Shown: piece by piece, positions 26,584 through 38,694 of the stretch
How the letters are laid out: each line of letters begins with the position of its first letter
How positions within the stretch are numbered: position 1 is the first letter of the stretch
DNA from: Botryllus schlosseri
Lineage: Eukaryota
Assembly (NCBI GenBank): GCA_051294905.1
Contig: CM119372.1
Span: forward strand, 39,558,001-39,622,000
Length of the DNA stretch: 64,000 bases
Reading direction: 5' to 3'
Made by a program: the position numbers and the translations under genes
The notes under the pieces: generated by a model
Told to the model about the DNA's origin: nothing
The model's input: the letters and a program-made list of their open reading frames with translations, nothing else
Database searches by the model: none

Positions 26584-26748
26584 CTAACAAACGTAAAACA
26601 TTGTAGCACAATTTGGGGGTTCATCTACTAGTGCTGCACTCATGTCGGTGATCCGTTCCAGTAGTTTTCCGTCGTGTTCGGATTTTCGTCCCACTGCCAC
26701 GGCAAACATCATCGCCCAAAACACTATGGTAAGCATTAATTTCATCAT
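26584..26748 (-). CDS. Candidate small secreted peptide, exon 1 (MMKLMLTIVFWAMMFAVAVG-RKSEHDGKLLERITDMSAALVDEPPNCATMFYVC*)
   Basis: Hydrophobic 20-aa signal-peptide-like N-terminus ending AVG; C-x6-C; consensus donor gtgagt immediately after the TAG. Confidence 0.55.
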   Translation of the reverse strand: MMKLMLTIVFWAMMFAVAVGRKSEHDGKLLERITDMSAALVDEPPNCATMFYVC

Positions 26749-27531
26749 TCTTCCCGTGGTATAACAAGCAAATCTGCCGTTCAACTATAAAATGTCTTGT
26801 AACAGCCGTATACACATATTGCATTAGTACATTTATGTTATTTAGGCACGCTCCGCGTTGGCGAGATATCAGCAGGGCCGATCAATACAGAATTACCTTT
26901 ATTATTTTAGAGTACTCTAGCGTGGTTTTCCTACTTGCCCTGCTTACTCAAGCAGTTATATTTTTAGAATTTCCGTGGTTCAAAGTTGATTAGGCAAATC
27001 TCCCTACTTTTTAGATTTGTTAGGTAAACACATTTATCAGTGAAATTGTTATAAGAACTGGGCGAAATAGTCCCTGTAGCACGAATGCATATCTGTAAAA
27101 ATGTCAATGAGATATAATAGCACGTTGATGGTAATTTAATTTGTTAGTATGTGTTAGTATGCGGTTAAGCCAATTTGCCGGATTTCATCGCAAAATGACT
27201 AACAGTCACCCGTCACATTACTATTAAACAGGCTACCATGGCTACATGAATTAGCTACCAATTATTTGCAGCCGATGTACATGTGCAACTTACTGTCACT
27301 TACATGTCATTCTCAGGTTGCTTTCATCTGATTCAACCCAATTCCACTAAACGGGTACAGCATAAGGAACCGGCTGAATCTAGTACCAATTTTAGTAGAG
27401 CATTTAGTTCGGTAGGGCTCACTTTAAATGACTGACCGACGCGGCTGATGTCATTACTCCATATATATAGCCTATGATGTGGCTCTTTGTAGTAACAAAG
27501 TAAAGCAAGTCACTCAATCTAGGCTCTATCT

Positions 27532-27970
27532 CAGGGGCGGACAACATACGGCTCACGAGTCGGTCCCGGCCCACGACGGGATTTTGAGAGGCCCGCAGAG
27601 AGTGTCTAATCTTACAGGTTAATGCAACCCGCGGGTTACGTACAGTCTTCACCAAGGGACTCCACGTCCGACATACAACTAGAGTTCAAAGAATTTGCTG
27701 ACAACTTTGATCGATCACAGATGACTCATAGACTTCAATAACTATTGAAATTCAATAATAAATTCAGGACTTGAAGTTTCAAATAAATACGGTGCATTCC
27801 TTGTATATACAATTAAATAGTATATTGAAGTTCTGTACCTCCAAGAAGCTCCTTGTATATAGGTGGAGAAAGATGCAATTAACCTAGGGATTCAGGACTT
27901 CGGCCAACCGGATACGCCTACGTCATACTCCCATATTTGGTCGACCGACTGCTGAAGTTTCCCGCCCCTG
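27532..27970. mobile_element. hAT-type MITE related to 59001-60098
   Basis: Termini CAGGGGCGGACAAC/GTTTCCCGCCCCTG; TSD ctctatct/ctctaacc (2 mismatches). Confidence 0.8.
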
Positions 27971-28357
27971 CTCTAACCGGTTGACAAACCCTGATTTAAA
28001 ACTTCATCAATAGAACAAAAGTAACGTATGGTGAAACGGTTGCTGAGGATGATAAATCAGTAAGACGGTAAAGTTTGTAAAATCTAGAGACAAACTATTG
28101 ACTATTTCACGTCGAATTAAGGCGGCCAGAGAGTTGCTGCCGACTGATTTCCTCTAGGAGCAGTTTAACAAGTTTACAGTTTATATATAAGCGGTTACGG
28201 AAATAGTTCTACACAAGTTCGTGTATTGCTGCAAACGTTTCCGTGATCGCAACTCATAACATTGACGTTTTAATAAAGCACATTATTCAATGGTATGCAT
28301 CATATTCACCGTGCCGTTGCTCTTTATTATTCAACCCTCCGATACATATATCTCCGT

Positions 28358-28895
28358 TAGGGCTGTTCAAAAATAACTTTTTTTTTCGATTCAAGCCGGT
28401 CACCTTATAAATCGTCAGGTTACCCTAAAAAACGCTGCACACCAAGTTTGGTTCAATTCTAACAAGTATAGGGCTCCGCAGATCCAATTGATTTTTTTAA
28501 TTTAAACAGGAAAATTAAAAAAAAAATCAAATTTTTCTGTCAACCCGATGAAATTGTTGAGCAGTATCCAGAGACCATGCAAAACAAATTTGACTCAATT
28601 CCAACTAGTAGAAGCGGAGTTATTGGAGTTTTTCGCTGATAATTCTCGCATTATCCTTGATTTGGTGGATAATCCGAGGATTATCGTTCGTTGATAATCC
28701 ATGGGGTTGACGGAAAAATTTGAATTTTTTTTTTAACTTTCCTGTTTAAATTAAAAAATTCAATTGGATCAGCGGAGCCCTATACTTGTTAGAATTGAAC
28801 CAAATTTGGTGTGCAGCGTTTTTTAGGGTAACCTGACGATTTAAGAGGTGACCGGGTTGAATCGAGAAAGAAAAAGTTATTTTTGAACAGCCCTA
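28358..28895. mobile_element. Foldback MITE with about 190-bp near-identical inverted arms
   Basis: Arms begin TAGGGCTGTTCAAAAATAACTTTTT; 28358-28550 is the reverse complement of about 28700-28895; TSD atctccgt/atccccgt. Confidence 0.92.
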
Positions 28896-31584
28896 ATCCC
28901 CGTCTTCTTGACTTTGCCGGCCTTACTAACGTGAAAGGAACCTCCCACACCAGGGAATTTTTACGTTGCAGACTCGAGCACGAACTCATGGATGCCAAAT
29001 ACGAAGCTTGAAATAATAAAAATCAATCACACACTGCATTCTCACATTATACACGTTTAGGTAGATGAGGATTCATGGATGTCTCTGGTTTTGACTGGGA
29101 CCCAGTGATCGTCCAAGTCGGTGTCAGTGACGAGAGAAACTCGGGTTTGGTCGTACGCTTAAGAAAAGAGTGGTTTCATGCGCGATGCTTACGAATTTTC
29201 GGAAGAAGTTCTGGAAACGATGCGTCGAGTGTAGATGCGGACGATACAAACAACATGTGCCGAAGAATCGAATTTCACTACACTATAAACCAGAATGATA
29301 TAGTAGGCACGTTTACGCTAATCAAGCGATTCGGTACTTTAAATGTGTACGAGATACACACACAGACTTGTACAGAGACAGAGAGAGAGAGAATCTTTAT
29401 TCGTATACATTACATATCAACATAACACTACAAAAATGTAACAGTGAAATGCGACATGCAAGGTAGACGGGAGGCTTGATATGACATAGTCTTCAGAGCC
29501 GAGTACAAACTACTAAATATTCGAATTACGCAACTAAACTTTAAACTAGAACTATACTCACTTGACAAAACTAGTCACAACTAGACCTAAAATTCGATTC
29601 GCCCATTTTTCAAAACTAGCAACCAGAGATAGGACTGGAACACCACAATATTTACAACTACTTATTTTTCCAAACTCGCAAACACTACAACTAGACCTAA
29701 AACTAATGACATTTAAAATACATAATAAAATAATCAGTGATAATTCGAATAATTGAATTGAAATTGAGCACCAAATTATTGGCTATAGAATCAGCAATTC
29801 AAAAAGTCGTGGGTTTTTACTTTGAAATCGATAGGGGTATGGAGCCCCAAAACCTACATACTGGATGGTCCACTGTTAGTAGTGATGACTCTGAACCAGA
29901 CATGGGGTAATCGCGATTAGTAATCGTAATCGATTACGACGATTACAGCATTTTCAAGTAATCGTAATCACAATCGATTACATTCGAAAAAAATCCGAAG
30001 TAATCGTAATCGTAATCGACTACTTCACATATCTAATCGATTTCTTAGTGAAAACACGATTACTTATCAGTTGTACAAGAATTATGACATAATCCGAACA
30101 CTCGTGAACAAGGGAGAGAGGTTACACCAGGTTCATTGATAGCACAGAATTCTGATTTTCAAACGTCACTGCCCATTATTACGTCAGAAGTGTTAGCTTT
30201 GCTCGTCATTGCGTAAGAAGAATCCACACATAGTAAATAGACGTTCGATGTACATTTTCTATTGTAGATATATACGCCTGCCTTGCTGTATATCAGCTTA
30301 TCATATACACTCCAGAGTCCAAACGCCACTACCTCGCAGCAGGATAATCATCACCAGTCTGCCTAGTTCCAAATAGTGACTATGTATATTGATGTCTGGT
30401 TATGCTTAGTTTAACGCGGCTTGACCGTTGTTGCTTGGCTGGCAGTAGGCCTATCTGTATACCAAGTACACCGGAGAAGATTTGAAGCGTTGTACTTGTC
30501 AAATGAAAGAAACATACTTCGATTTCCACAATGAATCATTAAAGACCCACAGCTGCTGATAACGGAGCCGTTGTTTGCAGTATCTGTATTAAGTGGAAGG
30601 CAGTATGTTCACTTATCTTCTTCTCATGTAGCTCTACCTGAAACGGGCGTCAATAGTTATTTTGCAATTCTTTACTCAGAATTTGGACCTGTCGCCATAG
30701 CTATCCGCTTATACACCATGTTAGCATTCCCTGTAGCTAGAATCCGGACCAAAACAGCAATTGGTCACCCACTCAAAACGTTGGTCTTGGGCCCCATATG
30801 GGGTGGTCGATTTCCAGGTTGATGACTGAATTCCATTATATTACCATTCATTTGTAATCCTCTCTCAATTCCCGATGGTTAAATTTACCGGTAGAGCTGG
30901 GGGCATGTAATTCATAATTATAATATCAAAATATCTTGTAGTCACCCAAACGTAGCAGACTAAAACTTTTGTGAGACGCACACACAAATTGTCATATTTT
31001 CATTCCTTTGTGGGTGCACCCTGTGGCATTAGTGTTGTGGCGCTCAGATTGGAAGGACAGGACTATTCGTCACGCCCATCCAGCGCGTCTATTGACAGCG
31101 GACAAATACCCAAAGTTTCGGCCTAGGTCTTTCTTTAGTAGCATACTTCGTGGAGATTCATGTTGACCGAAACTGCGTATGTCTTTTGGTGTGTCGTGGC
31201 GCGGTAATGACCGGCAACAAAATGCATATTCCTATTGATTAAGCATGTTTTTTTTTCTGAGGGAGAGACGTATGCATTTCTAATTCAAGTTATCTAGAGA
31301 CATTAAATGGCGAAGCGCAAAGAACATTTTCAAATTAATTAAATCTCTCGAATATACCGTAAGGGTTGCATTTGAAACAATATTCAATTTAAAAACATGT
31401 TTGAAACAGGACCGTTGTTCAAAACATGTTTTTTTAATTTTATTTTTTTAATTTTAAGCCATGACGTACCGAACATTCAATTGTGATGTCATACTGGATC
31501 GACACTAACAATTGAAAATGTTTGGTAAATATTGCTCATTTGACGAAATATCTGTAGTATTGCCGTTAAGCCGACTATTTAAGG

Positions 31585-34405
31585 CAGAGGTCTCAAACAC
31601 GCGGCCCGCGGGCCGCATGCGACGACATTTTAGATCAGTGGTTCCCAACCTTTTTTGACTAATCGCCCCCTTATGAAGCTCAAAACATTTTCATCGCCCC
31701 CCTATAAGAAAGTGTCCCAAATCAGAGTTTCATTGACCTCTCGTTACCACAGTTCCCTCTAAGCTGCGCGCATGCCCAATGCGCATTGCTGACATGGCCT
31801 CTGCGCACAAAAAAATAAAATACGATGTGATGACGAACTTTTAGTCAACACCACAAAATTAAGAAGAAAATAGGGAATTCAGTAGTTAAATCAAAGTGAT
31901 GACCTCTTTTAGTCGTTAGGCACTGCTGTCCAATGGACCGCGCAGTGAGTTGGTGATTGCGCAGCGCGCAGAGACAGGGGTTTGCCTAAATCCTTAACGT
32001 TCGACAATAAGTTAGATGGCCATTACTGTACTATTCGGTATCATAACAACTTACTGTCCTCCACAAATCTAACCGTACAGGGTTATCAACGTTTTGGCAA
32101 CCATTGTAGTTACTATAGTAGGCTATAAAAATAAGGCACATCAAGAAGCAATGTTGTGTCACGTCTAAAAAGTAGACCAATGAAAACTACATCGGTGATT
32201 GAAAATCAACTGTTTTGCTTGCTTCAGATGTCATACATAGGATTGCCAACTGTGCGAAAGCTCTGGGAGTCAAATATGCCAAAACATAAGGCCAAACTGA
32301 CTGAAATATAACTAAATTATCTTCATCGTTCGAGATGTCTTTACATGTTCATAGAAATCAGTTTCAATTGTTCAATTTCGCTTAAATTACGCTGCAAGAA
32401 AGTGGTGGAATTCATTTCCGTGCGCATAAGGTCGTCAAGCTCAAGGTACATTTAGAGACGTCAAGAATTCTACTACCAAATCGACGCGAAAACGAACCAG
32501 CAAATTTTTCACTATATCAGCTTGCTTAGGTAGGCCTGGTAGCCTAAATGATAACCTACACAACAAATTGACTCTTGCAATGCGGGAAGCAGATAAAGTG
32601 ACTTGGGACCTATGATATCGATGTTATATAGGACAACGGTTTGTGGGGCGTAATACCCCAGTATGCCTACTGCAGGTCAAAATTATGTAAAACAACCCCA
32701 ATATGTTCTTGTGTGCGCGAGTAAGCACCACTTGCTACTTATGTAAATGCTGAAAACAAATTTTCACAGTGATAGTTGAAGAAATTCGAACGATCTGAAA
32801 TAGTGCCAACGTGCCAATATTCCCAAATTTGGCCCCAATATGCACTAATTGACAACACTGGCTACTTCGCAACGACACGACACACCAATTAGCAGTTCTG
32901 ACAGAAAGTGTTCGTGCTTGCTGGCTCACGCAGAAACAGCTGATGTTTGATTATGATGTAACTATTGCGGTATAGCCATTGAGAATAAACGTACGCCAAC
33001 AACTCGATGGTATGAGGTTGAGAGAGCTCTAAACAAGTGGAATAGATGTAATATGATGCAAATTTGGACTTTAAATCTTTTTCAGGTATCACAGGCTAAA
33101 TTGGGTCAAATATTGAGTCACTTTTCTATCAACATCGATCTCATATAACTTGAACTAAGCAATAAACCAATCATATAATGAATAATATTTGATTGAAAGG
33201 TCCATTTTCGCCCCCTTCGGCCGTTTTCGCCCCCCTATCGCCCCCTTAGTTATTTTCGCCCCCCTAGATCGCCAAATCGCCCCCTGGGGGGCGATATCGC
33301 CCACGTTGGGAACCACTGTTTTAGATTTTTAATAATTAGACAATATATAAGTGTGACATATATCTTTTCAGGTTATAAAGTGAGTATTCCTCCTTAAATT
33401 GATCCGAAAGCCTGAAACTATTCATCAAACTTCACTATCACATCAATTGCAAACGCTACCATGCAGTGGAAGATCCACTATTTCGCCACATTTCCAATTC
33501 ATGATGACAAAAGCTGACCCTTAGACGATTCGTGACTGAAATTTGTGAGTTGGACTTGGACGCGACCTTTCAGACTCAGGCTAACTCGATGGCAAAATGA
33601 AAATGACTCGAGTGGACTCGGAATGCCGTGAATTTGTTAGAACCATGGACGCAACAAACTAATTGCGTATCAGAAGGTCTCAGCTTGGTATTTCCCTAAC
33701 TAAGCAAGTAGTTATGGCAACTATTGGCGATCTGTTAGTTACATCTTTGGTCGCTAAACCATGTTATTTAAGGTCCCTTAAAGGTACCGAGTACCGCAGT
33801 GGTGCGCTCCAACGATGTAACAACAATGGGCCGTTCAGCGTTCCGACATTTCAATTACTAGGACGCATTCATTAATATATTTATATTTTTTCTTCTACTA
33901 TATTTGAAGATATTTGGCCATGAGATTAATAGCCTACTTATTAGAAGTATACCCGAATCCTGGATTGGAATTACAATGCTCAACCTAAAAATGATTTGAT
34001 ATCAGATCAGTCTCTATTTCTCAATCTGTTAAATTCAAAATATTCATTGTAGCTGCAAAATTATAACCAGATAGCTTTTATGTTGGCAACATAGATTTGT
34101 CCACCCATATGGTGTCCATATCTTATAATTAATATATATCAAGTACAACAACAATTCTATTCAAATAGTTAAAAATGTGATGATTCTTTTCATGCCAGGC
34201 CTAAATTGATACAAGAGTAAATCACATTTGACGATGTGTGTTTACCGTCAGTCTGCTGAATCGGCTCACTTTCAATAAGACAATTCATTCCCGCCAAATA
34301 AGGTATACTTGGAAAGACATAGAATACCCCTATAAATGCTGCGGCCCGCGGCGTCGTCAAAACTGGAAAACTGGCCCGCGAGCACATTTGAGTTTGAGAT
34401 CTCTG
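31585..34405. mobile_element. Nested hAT-type MITE (GCGGCCCGCG motifs)
   Basis: TIR CAGAGGTCTCAAAC/GTTTGAGATCTCTG; perfect TSD atttaagg. Confidence 0.9.
31636..33318. mobile_element. Nested hAT-type MITE (long version of 8123-8480)
   Basis: TIR CAGTGGTTCCCAAC; perfect TSD ttttagat; CGCCCCC repeats at both ends. Confidence 0.92.
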
Positions 34406-35332
34406 ATTTAAGGGGTCCATTCCAACCATCGCATATCGATATACGTCGGCTATATCATGTGGTAGTTGTCCGTAGGCTCATACAACATGTTTTTTGGAAA
34501 GTTAAAAACTTGAACTTAAAAAATAATTTTGATTTAAAAAAAAGGCTTTTGTTTAAAACGCCGTTTGTTTTAAATGCAACCCAACCTGCAATGTATGTTG
34601 ATTTACTAAATACCTTTTAGTCACCTTCCAGCTCGCTCTCAAGCTACTGAGGAGCTTGGGTTGCGGAAGTGACGGACCTGGCAAGAATGCAAATCGTTGG
34701 GTGCGATAACTCGTCCCCTATAAAGTTGGGCATTTGGTATATTATGACGTAACAAGCTAATGACTTATTATCTATAAATAAAATTGTGTTCTCATTACGC
34801 CTTTTCATCGGAATCCTGTTGTTGTCATTCAATATGTCTTCTAAGATTAGTTCTAAGAAGCAAAATACATGTAATCGTGAGTAATCGTAATTACTTTTCC
34901 ATTGTAATCGTAATCGTAATCAACTAATTACTGATTTTGGTGTAATCGTAATCGTAATCGAGTGATTCAGAAGTAATCGTAATCGCAATCGATTACATTC
35001 ATGAAGTAATAACCCCATGTCTGCTCGGCCCCATGGATATACTCAGATATCGCAGATATCGCAGGTATCGCAGATATCGCAGATATCACTACTGTGGATA
35101 TACTCAGATATCGCAGATATCGCAGATATCATTGTGGATATACTCAGATATCGCAGATATCATTGTGGACATACTCAGATATCGCAGATATCGCAGATAT
35201 CATTGTGGATATACTCAGATATCGCAGATATCGCAGATATCACCAAAAACCGCAGACATCGAGGTCATATAAAGGTCACGCTTCGTTTAGAGCGCAGATA
35301 TCACGTCTTAAGCATGTCTAGGTCGATTCAGT

Positions 35333-35670
35333 GCGCAGATATCAGGTCCGGACCATACCTGGGCTCTTTTGGTGCGCAGATATCAGCTCTGGAGCATGTC
35401 CGAATGCAAATAGTGCGCAGATATCAGGTCTGGACCATACCTGGGCTCTTTTGGTGCGCAGATATCAGCTCCGGAGCATGTCCGAATGCAAATAGTGCGC
35501 AGATATCAGGTCTGGACCATACCTGGGCTCTTTTGGTGCGCAGATATCAGCTCCGGAGCATGTCCGAATACAAATAGTGCGCAGATATCAGGTCTGGGCC
35601 ATACCTGGGCTCTTTTGGTGTGCAGATATCAGCTCCGGAGCATGTCCGGATACGAATGGTGCGCAGATAT
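35333..35670. repeat. 82-bp tandem repeat (two GCGCAGATATCAG subunits), preceded by a 9-bp CAGATATCG array at 35040-35241; both mirrored at about 37580-38115
   Basis: atcaggtc recurs at 35341, 35423, 35505 and 35587. Confidence 0.9.
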
Positions 35671-36658
35671 CAGCACCTATATGAGCATTGAAGATATAAT
35701 GCCCTAACCAGTGCACAGATATCAGGTTTGGCGTCTTTTTCATGCGCAGATGTTAGCTTCGGAGCATGTCCGGATACAAATAGAGCGTTGCGACGGTCAA
35801 CTTAATCGAATACGCAGGTAGGCCTAGTCGACAAACATGGTAAATACTGTTTGAACAGCTAAATGAGAAACTCCGACCATCTGCGCTTTGTTCGGCTCAC
35901 GCATTAGCACGAAATCCGAGTGGTGTCGAATTCTTCGGGAATAATTGGTAGACAATCCGAGAATTATCAACGAAAAACTCAAATAACTCAGCTTCTACTA
36001 GTTGGAATTGATTCAAATTTTTTTTGCATCGTCTTTGAAGAAAATTCAACAATTTCGGAGGGTTGACAGGAAAATTTGAAATTTGTTCAAACATTTTTTC
36101 TAATAAATTAAAATTTTAAATTGGCTCTGCGGTGGCTTATATGCTTGTTAGAATTTAACCAAATTTGGCGTGCAGCGTTTTTTAGGGTGACCTGACAATT
36201 TTATCAGTGAATGGCTGGAATCTGGAAAAAAAAGTTATTTTTGAACGACACTGTACTCATGATACAGAAAACCTGAAAGTACCTCAGATTTAAACCGCGG
36301 TATAAATACAGTAGCCTAGCCTAGAACATTTTAATCCAAATTCTGCATGCTCGTAGTAGCGTGGAATGGTATGCACGTATAGGCACGTAGGATTTATGAC
36401 CGCTATGTAATTCTTAGTTAGGTTATGTTTTCTTGTACCACTCTTCTCCGCCCTTCGGGTGTGAATACACACTCTTTTCGCAAGGAGTGTGGGGCTATTT
36501 GAACATTTATCATGACAATTATTCTTATAAGCGTGATAGAAACATGTGCCAATACTACTCTCTACTTTACAAAATCCAAAGTGTAAAAAATATTAATATT
36601 TCCCTAAAATTTTTTCAAGTAGAATTGGATGTAGTACAAAGATATATAACCACTAGAG

Positions 36659-37423
36659 CAGGGGTGTGAAACATACGACCAGACGATTTTATCCGGCCCG
36701 CGAAAAAATTTCGAGTTGATGGAGAAATTCTTGTCCTGCATATTTCTAACAAATGTTCCGATTTTTAGTCTGTGAAAATTCTATGAAATAATCCCTCAAT
36801 GCAACAAAGGTCAAATATGTGCATAGGCCACATTTTAACTATTATTTTGTGGTTTCGCTCTAGCAGTATTAGCAAAAATTCGGTGACATTGACACGCAAT
36901 TCCGGGAAGCAAAAATGGAGAACACTGAGTTCAGAGTTTTATGGAAAAAATTAACCTGGAATTAGTTATTCACAGAAGCGAAAAGGCCAATGTGAAATCG
37001 TTGCATGCATGAATATATGGAGAATATAGTAGTTACAAAAATGTAATTCAAATATCTGCGTTCGCACTACTGTATCACTTCTGACTGAAAAGGTTCCCGA
37101 CTACCAGAGGAAAACGAATCGCGATTTGAATGAACCGAATTCCAACGGCCACATCTACAGTTAAGTCTCTTGTATGCCTCCCAACGCATACGCAGAGTTA
37201 ACGCCAGATTACGACTGAAACAAGGGGATCATAGAAATATGCTTATAACGTCGTAAGAGCCCAGGTTTTAGCGATTTGTAACTATATTCAACCTGTCAAT
37301 ATTTGTATTTTTGCAAATTCCATTGTTTGCGAATAAACGTGTCGCTTGAATAGAACCCCTAATCCCCTATGTTCTGAAGGTTTGAATGCGGCCCGCGAAA
37401 CAACTTGAGTTTGTCACCCCCTG
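36659..37423. mobile_element. hAT-type MITE inside the foldback loop
   Basis: Termini CAGGGGTGTGAAAC/GTTTGTCACCCCCTG; perfect TSD cactagag. Confidence 0.88.
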
Positions 37424-38694
37424 CACTAGAGTAGCCTAAGTGATGCAAGCAGGCAAAATCTGCCTGAGGACTCCAAAATAACTGTAAGTGGTCTGTTACT
37501 GGTCAGCTTTGACCAGTGACCAGGCCTGACCATTTCCATCCAGACATGATGTGGAGTTGATATGGACCAAAGAAATACGCTCAGGCATGGTCCAAACCTG
37601 ACATCTGCGCAATATTTGTATCCAGACATACTCCGGGTCTGATATCTTCGTATCGCTTGGCGTCAGACATGCTGCGGACCTGATATCTATGCAGGAAACA
37701 GCACCAGGTATGGTCCAGACCTGATATCTGCGCACTATTTGTATTCGGACATGCTCCGGAGCTGATATCTGCGCACCAAAAGAGCCCAGGTATGGTCCAG
37801 ACCTGATATCTGCGCACTATTTGTATTCGGACATGCTCCGGAGCTGATATCTGCGCACCAAAAGAGCCCAGGTATGGTCCGGACCTGATATCTGCGCACT
37901 GAATTGACCTAGACATGCTTAAGACGTGATATCTGCGCTCTAAACGAAGAGTGACCTTTATATGACCTCGATGTCTGCGGTTTTTGGTGATATCTGCGAT
38001 ATCTGAGTATATCCACAATGATATCTGCGATATCTGCGATATCTGAGTATATCCACAGTAGTGATATCTGCGATATCTGCGATACCTGCGATATCTGCGA
38101 TATCTGAGTATATCCACGGGGCCTGTCTGCTCCGAACTACCAATTGCTGGATCACAAAACGGAGCACCGGTATCACGATTCACGCCCAATCTTTCAAAAT
38201 CCGCAAATTTAGAACGAGAACTACTTAAAACTATTGTAGTTAGTTAACCGTCAATAGTAACTGGATTCGTAGTTTGTACAGGTAGTATAGTGTATTTTCG
38301 ACGAAACTAAAATTTGCCTAGTCAGTTTCATTTTTGTCAATATCCCTGCGTATTCAATTACCTAAACACGTCGTAATCGCATTATTACTGCACACCGGTG
38401 TTCGGATGACTCGAGTCACCTTTTTAGTATGACTTGACTTGACTCGAGTCAGTCTGCAGTTGACTTGACTCGAGTCAGTCTGCTAAGCTGACTTGACGTG
38501 ACTCGGCGTATCGGAAATGAGGATTGACTCGTGACTCGGAGCAAAATTCACGAGTCAATTTCAAGTCATCAAGTAACCGGTGTCGATAAAAATCATTGTA
38601 TCTGGCATACGTTCGGATTGTTCGCAAAACGCTGGTGTAAACCGTGTGAGCGACCAATCATGCAATGATCGTGCGTTTTACTGGGCTTCTATGG

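Larger units (their letters stand above)
31361..34584. mobile_element. Older nested MITE with AAAACA/TGTTTT motifs
   Basis: Imperfect TIR agggttgcatttgaaacaa / ttgttttaaatgcaaccca; TSD not recognisable. Confidence 0.6.
29897..35023. mobile_element. hAT-type element with (GTAATC)n subterminal arrays, expanded by nested insertions
   Basis: TIR CAGACATGGGGT/ACCCCATGTCTG; TSD ctctgaac (29889-29896) and ctccgaac, recovered at 38130-38137 once the foldback element is removed. Confidence 0.85.
35027..38123. mobile_element. Foldback (Mutator/MULE-like) element with long, internally repetitive inverted arms
   Basis: Termini GGCCCC(A/G)TGGATATACTCAGATATCGC; perfect 9-bp TSD tgtctgctc (35018-35026, 38124-38132); arms about 35027-35790 and about 37520-38123. 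Confidence 0.9.

Noticed and set aside
29075..29425. 116-aa plus-strand ORF
   Set aside because: No recognisable domain or splice context, and it runs through CA/GA microsatellite; unresolved without a database search.
35017..38189. Long ORFs (186 aa, 202 aa) with QISQIS/RRYRRY/DIADIA repeats
   Set aside because: Translations of the tandem arrays in the foldback arms; open in several frames on both strands.
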